A stretch of DNA of 33,509 bases from Octopus bimaculoides (Eukaryota), in the NCBI RefSeq assembly GCF_001194135.2, contig NC_068992.1, positions 68,081,580 through 68,115,088 of the forward strand, in the 5' to 3' direction. The notes beneath the pieces were generated by a model that saw only the letters and a program-made list of their open reading frames with translations, was not told the DNA's origin and searched no databases. Shown here piece after piece: positions 22,891-33,509 of the stretch. How positions within the stretch are numbered: the stretch's first letter is position 1; the number at the start of each line of letters is the position of its first letter. Both the position numbers and the translations under genes were made by a program.

Positions 22891-23503
22891 TTGTGTTATG
22901 AAGACTTTGCTTTCCGGCATAGTTTTGAGATCATGTGATCTTTTCGGAAATTATTTGGCTTCAAGTTATTCGAAGGATTATTGAGAGGAAGCAAAATCAT
23001 CCAAGAAAGGACTTTAGTAGTTGCATTCCGAACACTTGCAGAAGAAAATTCAGTGTCCTTTGAATCGGGTCAGCTAAAGAGTTTTCTGAAGACCATAACA
23101 TATTTCAAGGAACACGAACCAAGAACATTAACACAAATTGGCTAGATTCCAACAAACTTTTTGGTTAGCAAATCACTGCATTTATATAACTTATCTCAAA
23201 GAAATACAGTTCACGAATATAAAACTTTATATTTATCAATAATAATATACAGCCGACTATATGTGAGTGACAATTTCTTCTTTCTTATCATCTGTTTATA
23301 CATTATTAGCTTTCCTTATGATATCTGAATCTTTCCAACTCATCATATTTTTTTCTTCGTCGTTAGAAGAAATAAATACAAGAATAACATAGAATTAAGC
23401 AAGTATTGATTTTTCTTCTCAACCACTCGAGCAGAATGGTGTATTTTATGTTTGCCACTGAACCAAATATACTTAGTTGTGGCGACACATTTTCACATTT
23501 TCT

Positions 23504-23828
23504 TCTCTCTCTCTCTCTCCCTCTCAATCTGTCTCTCTCTCTCTCTCTCTCTCAATATCTCTCTCTCTCTCTCAATATCTCTCTCTCAATATCTCTCTCT
23601 CTCTCTCTCAATATCTCTCTCTCTCTCTCTCTCTCAATATCTCTCTCAATATCTCTCTCTCTCTCAATATCTCTCTCAATATCTCTCTCTCTCTATATAT
23701 ATATATATCTCTCAATATCTCTCTCTCTCTATATATATATATATATCTCAATATCTCTCTCTCTCTATATATATATATATCTCAATATCTCTCTCTCTAT
23801 ATATATATATCTCTCAATATCTCTCTCT
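23504..23828. repeat. Compound minisatellite (CT)n-CAATAT with (AT)n invading later units; runs into a 752-bp gap
   Basis: Repeated ctctctctcaatat units, later ctctctctatatatatatatctcaatat. Confidence 0.95.
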
Positions 23829-24580
23829 NNNNNNNNNNNNNNNNNNNNNNNNNNNNNNNNNNNNNNNNNNNNNNNNNNNNNNNNNNNNNNNNNNNNNNNN
23901 NNNNNNNNNNNNNNNNNNNNNNNNNNNNNNNNNNNNNNNNNNNNNNNNNNNNNNNNNNNNNNNNNNNNNNNNNNNNNNNNNNNNNNNNNNNNNNNNNNNN
24001 NNNNNNNNNNNNNNNNNNNNNNNNNNNNNNNNNNNNNNNNNNNNNNNNNNNNNNNNNNNNNNNNNNNNNNNNNNNNNNNNNNNNNNNNNNNNNNNNNNNN
24101 NNNNNNNNNNNNNNNNNNNNNNNNNNNNNNNNNNNNNNNNNNNNNNNNNNNNNNNNNNNNNNNNNNNNNNNNNNNNNNNNNNNNNNNNNNNNNNNNNNNN
24201 NNNNNNNNNNNNNNNNNNNNNNNNNNNNNNNNNNNNNNNNNNNNNNNNNNNNNNNNNNNNNNNNNNNNNNNNNNNNNNNNNNNNNNNNNNNNNNNNNNNN
24301 NNNNNNNNNNNNNNNNNNNNNNNNNNNNNNNNNNNNNNNNNNNNNNNNNNNNNNNNNNNNNNNNNNNNNNNNNNNNNNNNNNNNNNNNNNNNNNNNNNNN
24401 NNNNNNNNNNNNNNNNNNNNNNNNNNNNNNNNNNNNNNNNNNNNNNNNNNNNNNNNNNNNNNNNNNNNNNNNNNNNNNNNNNNNNNNNNNNNNNNNNNNN
24501 NNNNNNNNNNNNNNNNNNNNNNNNNNNNNNNNNNNNNNNNNNNNNNNNNNNNNNNNNNNNNNNNNNNNNNNNNNNNNNNN

Positions 24581-24623
<43 letters not shown>

Positions 24624-25332
24624 TTTCTTTCTCTCTCTCTGTTTATCAACCAATCTATCTCTCTTTCTCTTCCCCCTCTCTCTTCCCCTCTCTCTTTATT
24701 GCTTGTATATTTTCCTTCTCTCAAATACAAAGGCAGACATTTAGATAGTCACATTTTAGGAAAAAATTCTTGACTGAAATTTTCAACATCCTTCATATTC
24801 TCTATAATAAGAATATTCTATTTTTAGTTTATTTATAAGTTGACATTTTATGTAGAAAGCAAAAAGAAAAATAATAAAAGGGAAAATAAGCAGTTTCCTC
24901 AAACTTTATTCAAACAAAATTTATTTGCTTTTATCCCGATATTCGTGAAATTCCTTTTTCCTTTTTTCCAACTTATATCAATTTTGTGCGCATCAATTTA
25001 TGTGGCAAGTTCAAAAACATATTTGAGGCAAAACCAGAGTTTTCTGTTAATATTAGTTTGTTAATAGTTTGGAAATTTCGTCCAACTGTTATAGGTTATC
25101 TTAGTTGGTTGGCATCACCGAAATCTTTAATAAACAAAGCATACAACGCATTGTAGAAAAGTAGAATTATAACGTGAAACTTCAGCACAAAGCAGAAGAG
25201 GTGGAGCTTGACTTTGAGAAATGGCAGTAATGTCTACTATAATGCTATGAAGTCAGTATCCAAAGATTTGCTGTTCTGTACAAAATGAGCACAACAATAT
25301 TATTGGAGACACCATTCTATGGGATATTATAA

Positions 25333-25550
25333 ATGTTGGCTTCAAATTTTGGCATAAAACCAGCAAGCACGAGGTGGATGGTCAGTCGATTATATCAATC
25401 CTACTGTATGAATAGTACTATAATTTTTCGCCCCTCAAAGGATAAAAAATAAAGTCGATTTCGGTGGAATATGAACACAAAGTGTAAAGACGGATGAAAA
25501 GACACTAACCATTTTGTCCAACGTGGTAACAAATTTGAAAGCTCACCACC
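25333..25550 (-). mobile_element. SINE family A, degenerate copy
   Basis: Minus strand ggtggtgagctttc...cgttggacaaaatggttag...catccgtctttac...aatcgactg is homologous to 11685-11895 and 30601-30800. A second family-A head (gcggtgagctgacagaatc) lies at 25624-25644 and another tRNA-SINE fragment at ~25645-25697. Confidence 0.7.
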
Positions 25551-25824
25551 TTTGGTGGCCGGTTTATTGTTGGTTAACTATCCTTCGGCTCACAGACTTT
25601 GATGAACAGTTTGTTGTGGAATAATGATTCTGTCAGCTCACCGCGTTTGCTCAAGAACAAAACGCACTACTCGGTCTAGGAATTGAAATCACGACCTATA
25701 TATGTATATGTTTACACATGCATTTATACATACATACATGCATACATACATACACATACATACATACACACATACATACATAAATACATACATACATACA
25801 CACACACACACATANNNNNNNNNN

Positions 25825-25868
<44 letters not shown>

Positions 25869-25937
25869 CATACATACATAAATACATACACTTACATGTG
25901 TGAGTGTGTGTGATCGCGCGTACATGTGCGCAAGCTT

Positions 25938-26128
25938 TTGTGTCTGTGTTTGTTGATAACCGGTGTTTGTGCTTTTATGTCCCTGTCACTTGGCAGAAGC
26001 GAACGATAGTATAAGCGCCAGCCTTTAATAAATGACTTTGGGTCGATTCGCTCGATAAAAATTCTTCGATGTGGTGCCCCAGCATGACCGCAGACTAGTC
26101 AACGAAACAACTAAAGGATAAAAGATAA
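25938..26128 (+). mobile_element. 3' half of tRNA-derived SINE family B
   Basis: gtgtctgtgtttg...accggtg...gggtcgattcgctcga...ggtgccccagcatgaccgcag...aaaggataaaagataa follows a (TG)-rich tract, as I recall for a high-copy octopus SINE. Confidence 0.6.
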
Positions 26129-26564
26129 GACACATCTATACACACATTCACACGTATATGCATACAAAAAAATGCATAAATATGTACATTCCTAAATGAA
26201 TGCATAGATATATACACACACATACACACGCGATTTGTAGAATACATTTTGCAATATTCAATGTGACCTTTACTTTTAATTCTTAGTTAATGAATGAAAT
26301 CGTTGATTAGTTTCGTCCATCTCAATAATAAAGATCTTAGCAGAACTTCCGTTAGCTTGCTAAACGTAAAATAATTTAAAATTTAAATCGCATCTCCTTA
26401 GTTACCGCACATTCGTGACAGATATAGGAATTACATCACGATTCAGTTAATGCCGGCTGAAAAATAAACGTTACAAGAGAATGGAGATTTTGGAATGATT
26501 CAATAAAACTTGTTACAATGCTTCTAAGACGTTTACAAGGTAAATACATGATGCTGAATAATAT

Positions 26565-26586
26565 CTATCTATCTATATATATATAG

Positions 26587-26621
<35 letters not shown>

Positions 26622-26794
26622 AAATATATATGTATATATACACACACACACATATATATATATATATACACACACACATATATACACACACACACACACA
26701 CGCATATATATATATGCATACATACATATGTGTGTGTGTGTTTGTCTTTTTCTCTCTCCCCCTCTCTCTCTCTCTCTCCCTCTTTCTCTCTCAT

Positions 26795-26884
<90 letters not shown>

Positions 26885-26885
26885 T
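26565..26885. repeat. Compound (TA)/(CA)/(TG)/(CT) microsatellite block
   Basis: Seen directly. Similar blocks at 1-60, 1215-1300, 7145-7200, 7631-7810, 15149-15350, 16924-17110, 18630-18760, 19070-19232, 20930-21010, 25697-25915, 27040-27180, 33437-33509. Confidence 0.95.
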
Positions 26886-27119
26886 CATTAAAGTGTCATT
26901 CCATAACTACACAAAGCGAAACGGATCAGACAAAAGACGATACGAAAAACGAAAGAATGTATTTAGGCCAGGGGAGAAAACTCTGCTCTACTTAAATTAG
27001 TCGTCTGTAAACTGTTCGCATCGAGTCTTATACGTACTTAAATATACATACATATATGCATGCATACATAAACACATACATGCATTACATACATACACAC
27101 ACACACACACACACATATC

Positions 27120-27152
<33 letters not shown>

Positions 27153-27344
27153 GTGTATCTATGCACGTATGTATGTATTTATTATATAATTACACATGTA
27201 AGTGAATATGTATACGCTTATTTATTGTACACCACATATACAGATGATTCAGAATTGTTGTTGTCATTTAAATTATTTTGATTTGTTTCATTATGTATTT
27301 TAAAGATATAGTTATCATTTCTATCTCAATGCGTGTGTCTTTGT

Positions 27345-27490
27345 TTTCTCCGTATTCTTTCTGTTGAAGAACGTAGCTCGAAACGTTAAAGACTTTCCGT
27401 ATTCCCGAGCGTCATACTAATACATCCTTTTGTTGTTTACACCACCTGTCCTCGTCTGTTGTTGTTTTTTTTTCGACCATTCTCCCATAC
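27345..27490 (+). mobile_element. Penelope-type terminal repeat with degenerate minimal hammerhead motif, copy 2
   Basis: TCTTT(27356-60)-CTGTTGA-agaacgtagctc-GAAA(27380-83)-CG-TT-AAAGA(27388-92), then ttcccgagcg...ctaatacatcc...acaccacctgtcctcgtctg as in 14397-14515. Confidence 0.55.
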
Positions 27491-27529
27491 ATATATATGT
27501 ATATATATCTTCTCTCATTTTTTACTGGT

Positions 27530-27720
27530 TTCAAGCCAATGGCTGATGTCAAACTGCTGCACGACTTGCAGTTACTCGGTGTTGTTTCGGTATTGTTTTT
27601 GGTGAAGTAGGATGGACATGCTCTCCCTCGTGTTTCCTGCTGCCATGTAGGTTCATCTGCTATCTTAGATAGAAGCCTGTTGAGGCCTTCTTAGATTGTA
27701 CTATGGGAATATGTGTGTAG
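27530..27720 (-). mobile_element. Probable CR1-group LINE ORF2 C-terminus / 3' end
   Basis: Minus frame EGLNRLLSKIADEP resembles the FK..LD.fL..ipDeP C-terminal motif. Confidence 0.45.
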
Positions 27721-27805
27721 CTGTACTCAACATTTAAACACATTAATCGACTTACACTTCTTTGTCCAAATTATTTATTATATTTATGTGTGTATGTATG
27801 TGTAT

Positions 27806-27938
27806 ATACGACAGGTTTCTTTCAGTTTCCGTCTTCTAAATCCCAAGGCTATACTGTAAATATTTGCGCAAGGTGCCACGCAGAGGGACTGAACTCGGAA
27901 TCATGTGGTTTGGAAGCAAGTTTCTTACTATATAGCTA
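27806..27938 (-). mobile_element. 5' (tRNA-like head plus core) half of SINE family B
   Basis: Minus strand agtaagaaacttgcttccaaaccacatgattccgagttcagtccc (A/B boxes), gtggcaccttgcgcaa (CORE-like), gacggaaactgaaagaaacctgtcg. Confidence 0.75.
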
Positions 27939-28149
27939 TATGTGCGCCTGCATATATATTGAAAAGAATGTAGCTCTGTAGGGCCAGAACAATGCAAGAA
28001 GGTACAAAGTAAGCTACAAATGGAAAGGAAAACAGAACAAAGTTGTAGTTTTAGCCTGTATTTCTATATTTCCTCCTCCTTGCTATTCCTCACCTCCTTC
28101 TCCTTCTGCCTCCACTACTCCTTCTCTCTCTTCTTCCTCTTCCTCTTTC

Positions 28150-28450
28150 GCCAAACTTCGCCTATTTCGTATTACACTCTCGGATATCCAAGAACTACTT
28201 GGTCATAATAGTCGTGAGCACCTACTTTCAATTCAACAATGAGATATTTAAACAAATCTCAGGCCTGCCGATGGGGGGCTAGCCCCTCAAGCCTGCTAGC
28301 CATCTCGTACATGGACCAGCTTGAACGCATGGCGCTTAACACCTGCCACCCCAGCGTCTTCTTTCCTAGGTACGTCGACGATATCCTGATGCTCTCCTCC
28401 TCACAGAAAGAAGCGAACTCCATACATGAAAATTTCAACAACGTCGACAA
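28150..28450 (+). mobile_element. Penelope-like element reverse-transcriptase fragment
   Basis: TYFQFNNEIFKQISGLPMG, then a frameshift in the G-run, then SPSSLLAISYMDQLE...FFPRYVDDILML. This matches the PLE signature FN...Y.Q..G.aMGSP...RYVDD. Confidence 0.88.
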
Positions 28451-28845
28451 TATGGACTCCAATTGGAATTTACATACTGTTAGCAAGAAGCCCTTTTACC
28501 CACACAATACAGCCTATTCCTTGGATAATGGAACAGCAATTTTATACTTCCTGCATCTCTCCCTTTCCAAAGTGACTATTTCCTTCTAATTAACTCTCTC
28601 ATATCACCTTTGTTGATGGGATATCTTTTATATACCTGAAACAGCTGTAAGACTAACTTTCTCTTTATGAATATCCTAGAAATTCCCCACTCCCTTGGTC
28701 TTGTCATCTCATTTTATTTAACATATACACGCTCACACACGATCTGTGTTAGATTTCTCGGTCATACTATTATCGAACCGGGAGTCTAATAGCCTTTTCG
28801 GTCTTCTGGATACTAAAACGTCTCATATTAAATGCATATACATAC

Positions 28846-28881
<36 letters not shown>

Positions 28882-29171
28882 NNNNNNNNNNNNNNNNNNN
28901 NNNNNNNNNNNNNNNNNNNNNNNNNNNNNNNNNNNNNNNNNNNNNNNNNNNNNNNNNNNNNNNNNNNNNNNNNNNNNNNNNNNNNNNNNNNNNNNNNNNN
29001 NNNNNNNNNNNNNNNNNNNNNNNNNNNNNNNNNNNNNNNNNNNNNNNNNNNNNNNNNNNNNNNNNNNNNNNNNNNNNNNNNNNNNNNNNNNNNNNNNNNN
29101 NNNNNNNNNNNNNNNNNNNNNNNNNNNNNNNNNNNNNNNNNNNNNNNNNNNNNNNNNNNNNNNNNNNNNNN

Positions 29172-29367
29172 ATGAAAATCCACTATCACATATAGAAAAA
29201 TTAATAATTAAAAGCACAATAAATGAGTATAATATAAAGTAAAGTAAATATCATAAGATAAATATAATATATTATATTTATCTTATGATATTTACTTTAC
29301 TTTATATTATACTCATTTATTGTGCTTTTAATTATTAATTTTTCTATATGTGATAGTGGATTTTCAT
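29172..29367. repeat. Perfect 196-bp loopless AT-rich palindrome abutting an N-gap
   Basis: 98-bp arms are exact reverse complements, centre between 29269 and 29270; begins at the first base after the gap. Confidence 0.95.
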
Positions 29368-30600
29368 CGATGAGTTCTTGAAAATTGGTTATTTTCCCTA
29401 AAACTATATATATATATATATATATATAGTAACCTCCTGGTTAAGTACGCATCACAGATAAGTACGCGCAAAATCCTCAAGAGCACCAGGTTCAAATTTA
29501 TCAACGAATTATTGTACAGAAATATTTGAAAAAGTCTTTTACTTCCCCGACAGAGGTACGTCCAAAGTCCATAAGCAAGCAGACTTCCACAGTAGAAATT
29601 CACGTACATTTTGAAAAAAGTCTTTTACTCCCTTTACACAAATACATTCAAAGTTCACAATAAACAGATATCTCCGGTAAAATCTAACATTCACATATAT
29701 CTATGGCCAAATTTCGGGAGATCACCACCGTAGCCCATTTACACTAAAGTGCATCACGGCGATGACACCCTTCGTCAAGATAAACATAAAACATGCACAG
29801 AATAAAATTTTTATACCATTTAATGATAGCTTATATAATTTAGCGGACGAGGCCAAATTAAAACTACAGGAAAAAAAAAATTACTAAACTCTCAGATGGC
29901 TGTAGTTAGGAGAAATTTAACGTCGCCGGTTTCAAATCCCCGTAACGCTAAACAATTTTATTCCATTTCTTTTTATTTCTATATACTTTGATGACAATTT
30001 AGCTGACCCGCATCTAACAACTAATAGGTATCTGACTAGACAAAGCCATTGATTATATCTGATATAACGAACACACAACACCTGGACAAAGGTCGATAGT
30101 TGAGAGCGCATCTCAATAATATTATAGCGTCATGGTCTCACTTTCTTGCTGCTGTTTCTCTATTATTCATGATTTTTTACTACTTTCATGTCTATTGATG
30201 CCGTTGATGCATTACTGAAAATTGCTAATGAATTGCGATGCAGATGAAATAGGTATTGAATAAGTGATGTGTCTAAGGTATAAAATATGGTTTTATGTCT
30301 TTATTATTTATTTTAGTTGACGAGCACCTTCGACCTTCGACCAAAACGTAATAGAATGGAGAAGAGAGTGCGATAATTGGTTGAAGTACTGGTTGATCTA
30401 GTTTCGCATCGTATAAGACATTTATATGAAAATATGAAAATCTTTTCTTGGCTTCTGCAAGTTTTCAGCAAACTTTTGATACATTTTCATTGTGATAAAA
30501 TTTCCCTTTGGATTAAAATGCATTATACAATTTAGTCTGTGCTACTCGGTTCTGAACAGATGTATGCGGCTTTCCAGCAACATATTGCGCATCTGTTTGA

Positions 30601-30830
30601 GGAGGTATATGGCAGAATCGTTAGCACGCCGGACAAAGTGCTTAGCATCATTTCGTCCGTCTTTACGTCCTGAGTTCAAATGTCATCCAGCTGCCCTTTT
30701 GTGTTTGATTAAATAGTTAGAAGTTGAGCACTGTGGTCGTGTAATCAACTAACTCTCTCCCCCAAAATGTCAAGTCTTGTGCACACAGTGGAAACGATCA
30801 TTACCTTCATGATTATTATTATTATCATTA
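30601..30830 (+). mobile_element. SINE family A with (ATT)n tail
   Basis: tggcagaatcgttagcacgccggacaaagtgcttagc...cgtccgtctttacgtcctgagttcaaat...gattattattattat. Confidence 0.8.
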
Positions 30831-30832
30831 GG

Positions 30833-31015
30833 GCAGTGCTTTCTCATAGTCGGTAAATGACCGGATAATTCTTTTTAAGCTCTTTATGTGTAGAGTTCAA
30901 ATCAACATTGACTTTCACTCTTTCGAGGTCTATAAAAGTAAAGTGTCCACTAAATACTGGATACGATTTTATCACTGAAAAAATTTGGCCTTCTGCTCAT
31001 TTTTAAACAATTATT
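30833..31015 (+). mobile_element. Older degenerate SINE family A copy in tandem
   Basis: gagttcaaatc...ttgactttcactctttcgaggtctataaaagtaaagt collinear with the family A body. Confidence 0.5.
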
Positions 31016-33434
31016 ATTTCATCTATAAAGGAAGTCATTTTCATTTCTGTTTCTTGTTACAACTGTGGACTCTGTTCAGTTCATCCCGTAATAATGATTT
31101 TGCATAAATAGTTGGCATTATTTCTTTTACACCTCTTAAATTTACTATTTTACTTCGTGTCATGGGGCAAATGTATGAAATAGTAAGTTTTCTGAAAAAG
31201 AGAATCATACCGGATATAAATTCGTAGGATTTAAATCTCCCAAATATGGTTTTCTACGACAAATGTTTTTTCTAACTGAAACAGCGACAATAAAACGAAA
31301 TATAATGAAGTAGATTATAAAGTATCCAGTGATATTTGTTCATGAAAATAGAAAATGGATTGGTAGCGCGGTGTTTGGTAGAAAGATTCAGTTTCTTTTG
31401 AAATTCTGCAGTAAGAAAATGTATTGATGCTATAATGTATTTTAAATTACACAATACAAAGAAATTTATGTCAGCATCGTATAGACATACATCTTAAATA
31501 AGATCCTGACAATCGATGATTTGTGAACGATCAGAGCCAATTTTCTTAGTTTCTATTCCTAATCTTCTTAAGAAAACAAACGTTATACATACACATTCTC
31601 TTCCCTATTTAAACTCGGGAATCGTTGAACATCGCACAAACAAAAAAATATCATGGATTATGTATTGTTGGTAGATTGTAAGACGCCGAACTAGAATAAC
31701 TTGCCATGTAGTCATCTCTCAATCGTTGTTTCCATCGATTTTTAAAAACACCTATTATAAGATATAAAACGTTAAAAATTATATATATATATATATATAT
31801 GTATTGAGTTATAAGCTTTTTTGCTAATCATGTTATAGTAATTACCCTTTATTTGCAATTTTAATTCACTTTCAGAGGAACAGAGCGCCATAGTTCTTTA
31901 AGAAAGAACAGTAAATATTAATTTTTTTTCAATTTACAAATTATTTCACCAAAACATAGATTTTTCGGAAACTAAAAAAAAAAATGCTATTTATGATTAA
32001 GTAATGCCAGAAAATCGGAGTTTTCGTAAAACAGTTTATTTCAATAAGTGTTAAGTTCATTGTTTCGTTGTAAAAGCCTTTATAACTTTTATTTGTGATA
32101 AGAAAAGATGTTAGATTACATAACGGTTTCCTAATATCTATTTTAATGTTTTTGAATATATTTCTTTATTCAAATCTTGAAAGAATGAGGAAAAGTATTA
32201 AATCTGAAACTGAAATGCATTAATGCGTTCAAAAACTCTAAAGTAATTTTTGAATGTAAACGAGGAAAACGAAAGCATACCAAAGTTAATGTAGATGAAG
32301 GGAGAAGTAGACGGAGAAGATCAAACAGACACAAAGGTAGAAAATAGTAATCAAAGGAAAGAAAGGTATAAGTTTTTTTTTTAAAAAAGCCAATTATATT
32401 GCAGGCATTTGCAAAATTAAGAACAAATCATTTCAAATTTAAAAAAGCAATCTGACGGAAGATGTTAAAATGTATTGTGAATGTATAAAAGAATACTGAC
32501 AACTGAAAACTGATTCAGCAACACATTCCGTATATCAAATATTTATAAGAATTATTAGAATGTTTGTCTATGTATCGTTTGCGTGCACAGAAATATATTG
32601 AACTATAATTATCTCTGTGCGTGACAGGTGCCTTTAAGTGGGTATAACTATTTACATAACAGTGTGCGTGTGTGGCTATGCAAGCTATATAGTTATACAC
32701 TCATCTGTGCACACACAAAGACACACACACAGACAAACACAGACACACATACGCACACATACAAGCATGTATATATATTGCTCATGCGTATGATTGTGTA
32801 TATGAGTGGATGTGGGCCGTTACAATTTTAGCGAAGGAAGCCAAACTGAAGGCGAATAGTTAGGTAAACATAAAGAGATATACATTAAAATAAATATGGA
32901 ATGAACAGTATACGGACCGTTAAAGAGAAACGGCAGAGAAAGTGATAAAATACTTGATATAAAACTATGGGTATTATGAAAAGATGATTGACTGGGACAA
33001 TTTAATTCATATTTCCCATTTCTTACAGCAATAAATTACAAAGAATTACCGACGTTCACAAGGAGAGACATTAAATATATATATTTAATGATGAAGAGAC
33101 ACGTGCGGAAACATTAAAGCCAATTTAATGCAAAGTCTTCGACTTTTTTTTTAACAATGGGACTTCTATATATGAATTGTAATACTGATTCTGGTTTATG
33201 CAAGTCGATAATAGAATTGTAAAATTCTATAATAAATGCTATAATATCAGAAAAACACCGCGATGATTGGTTTCCAATATCACCACTATTAGAGAGTTGG
33301 GTAAATACATATTTACGAGGGACAAATAAATGCTTCGGGTTTAAGAATGGCGATAAGACGAATACAGATGAGCAGATATGGAGGCAATTATGCGGATAAA
33401 CAAATTAAATATAACAATTTGGGTTTGATATACA

Positions 33435-33509
<75 letters not shown>

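Noticed and set aside
23406-24773. Longest ORFs in the track (455, 430, 423 aa) and the other X-rich ORFs (7986-8588, 28746-29242, 14973-15383)
   Set aside because: Made of microsatellite translation plus N-gap; no coding signal.
32180-32350. Basic Arg/Lys-rich open frame (KRGKRKH...RSRRRRSNRHKGRK*)
   Set aside because: Explained by purine-rich low-complexity composition; no start and no credible acceptor.
33314-33335. tacgagggacaaataaa resembling a mariner TIR start
   Set aside because: Only ~8 bp of similarity, with no partner TIR or transposase sequence in the window.

Overview
AT-rich, microsatellite-dense, gapped (8 N-runs) animal scaffold. The SINE families, compound microsatellites and TE mix look like an octopus/coleoid cephalopod genome; this is inference from pattern recognition, not a database result. 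Most of the ORF track is noise from microsatellites and N-gaps. The one protein-coding exon I can support is a divergent profilin-like 3' exon at 85-324 (+). The rest is mostly decayed mobile DNA: a Chapaev3/CMC-like transposase, two mariner relics (one with an internal micro-inversion), an internally deleted Tx1-type LINE, CR1 and Penelope RT fragments, and several tRNA-derived SINEs. Some low-confidence candidate exons lie on both strands. The most notable observation is a ~540-bp fold-back element (19349-19890). Its right arm carries a nearly canonical type I hammerhead ribozyme and its left arm a decayed antisense copy. Two more Penelope-type terminal repeats carry degenerate minimal hammerhead motifs (14397-14515, 27345-27490). 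There is also a 77-bp-arm near-perfect hairpin (20620-20819) and a perfect 196-bp loopless palindrome next to a gap (29172-29367, possibly an artefact). No rRNA, intact tRNA or CRISPR was seen.
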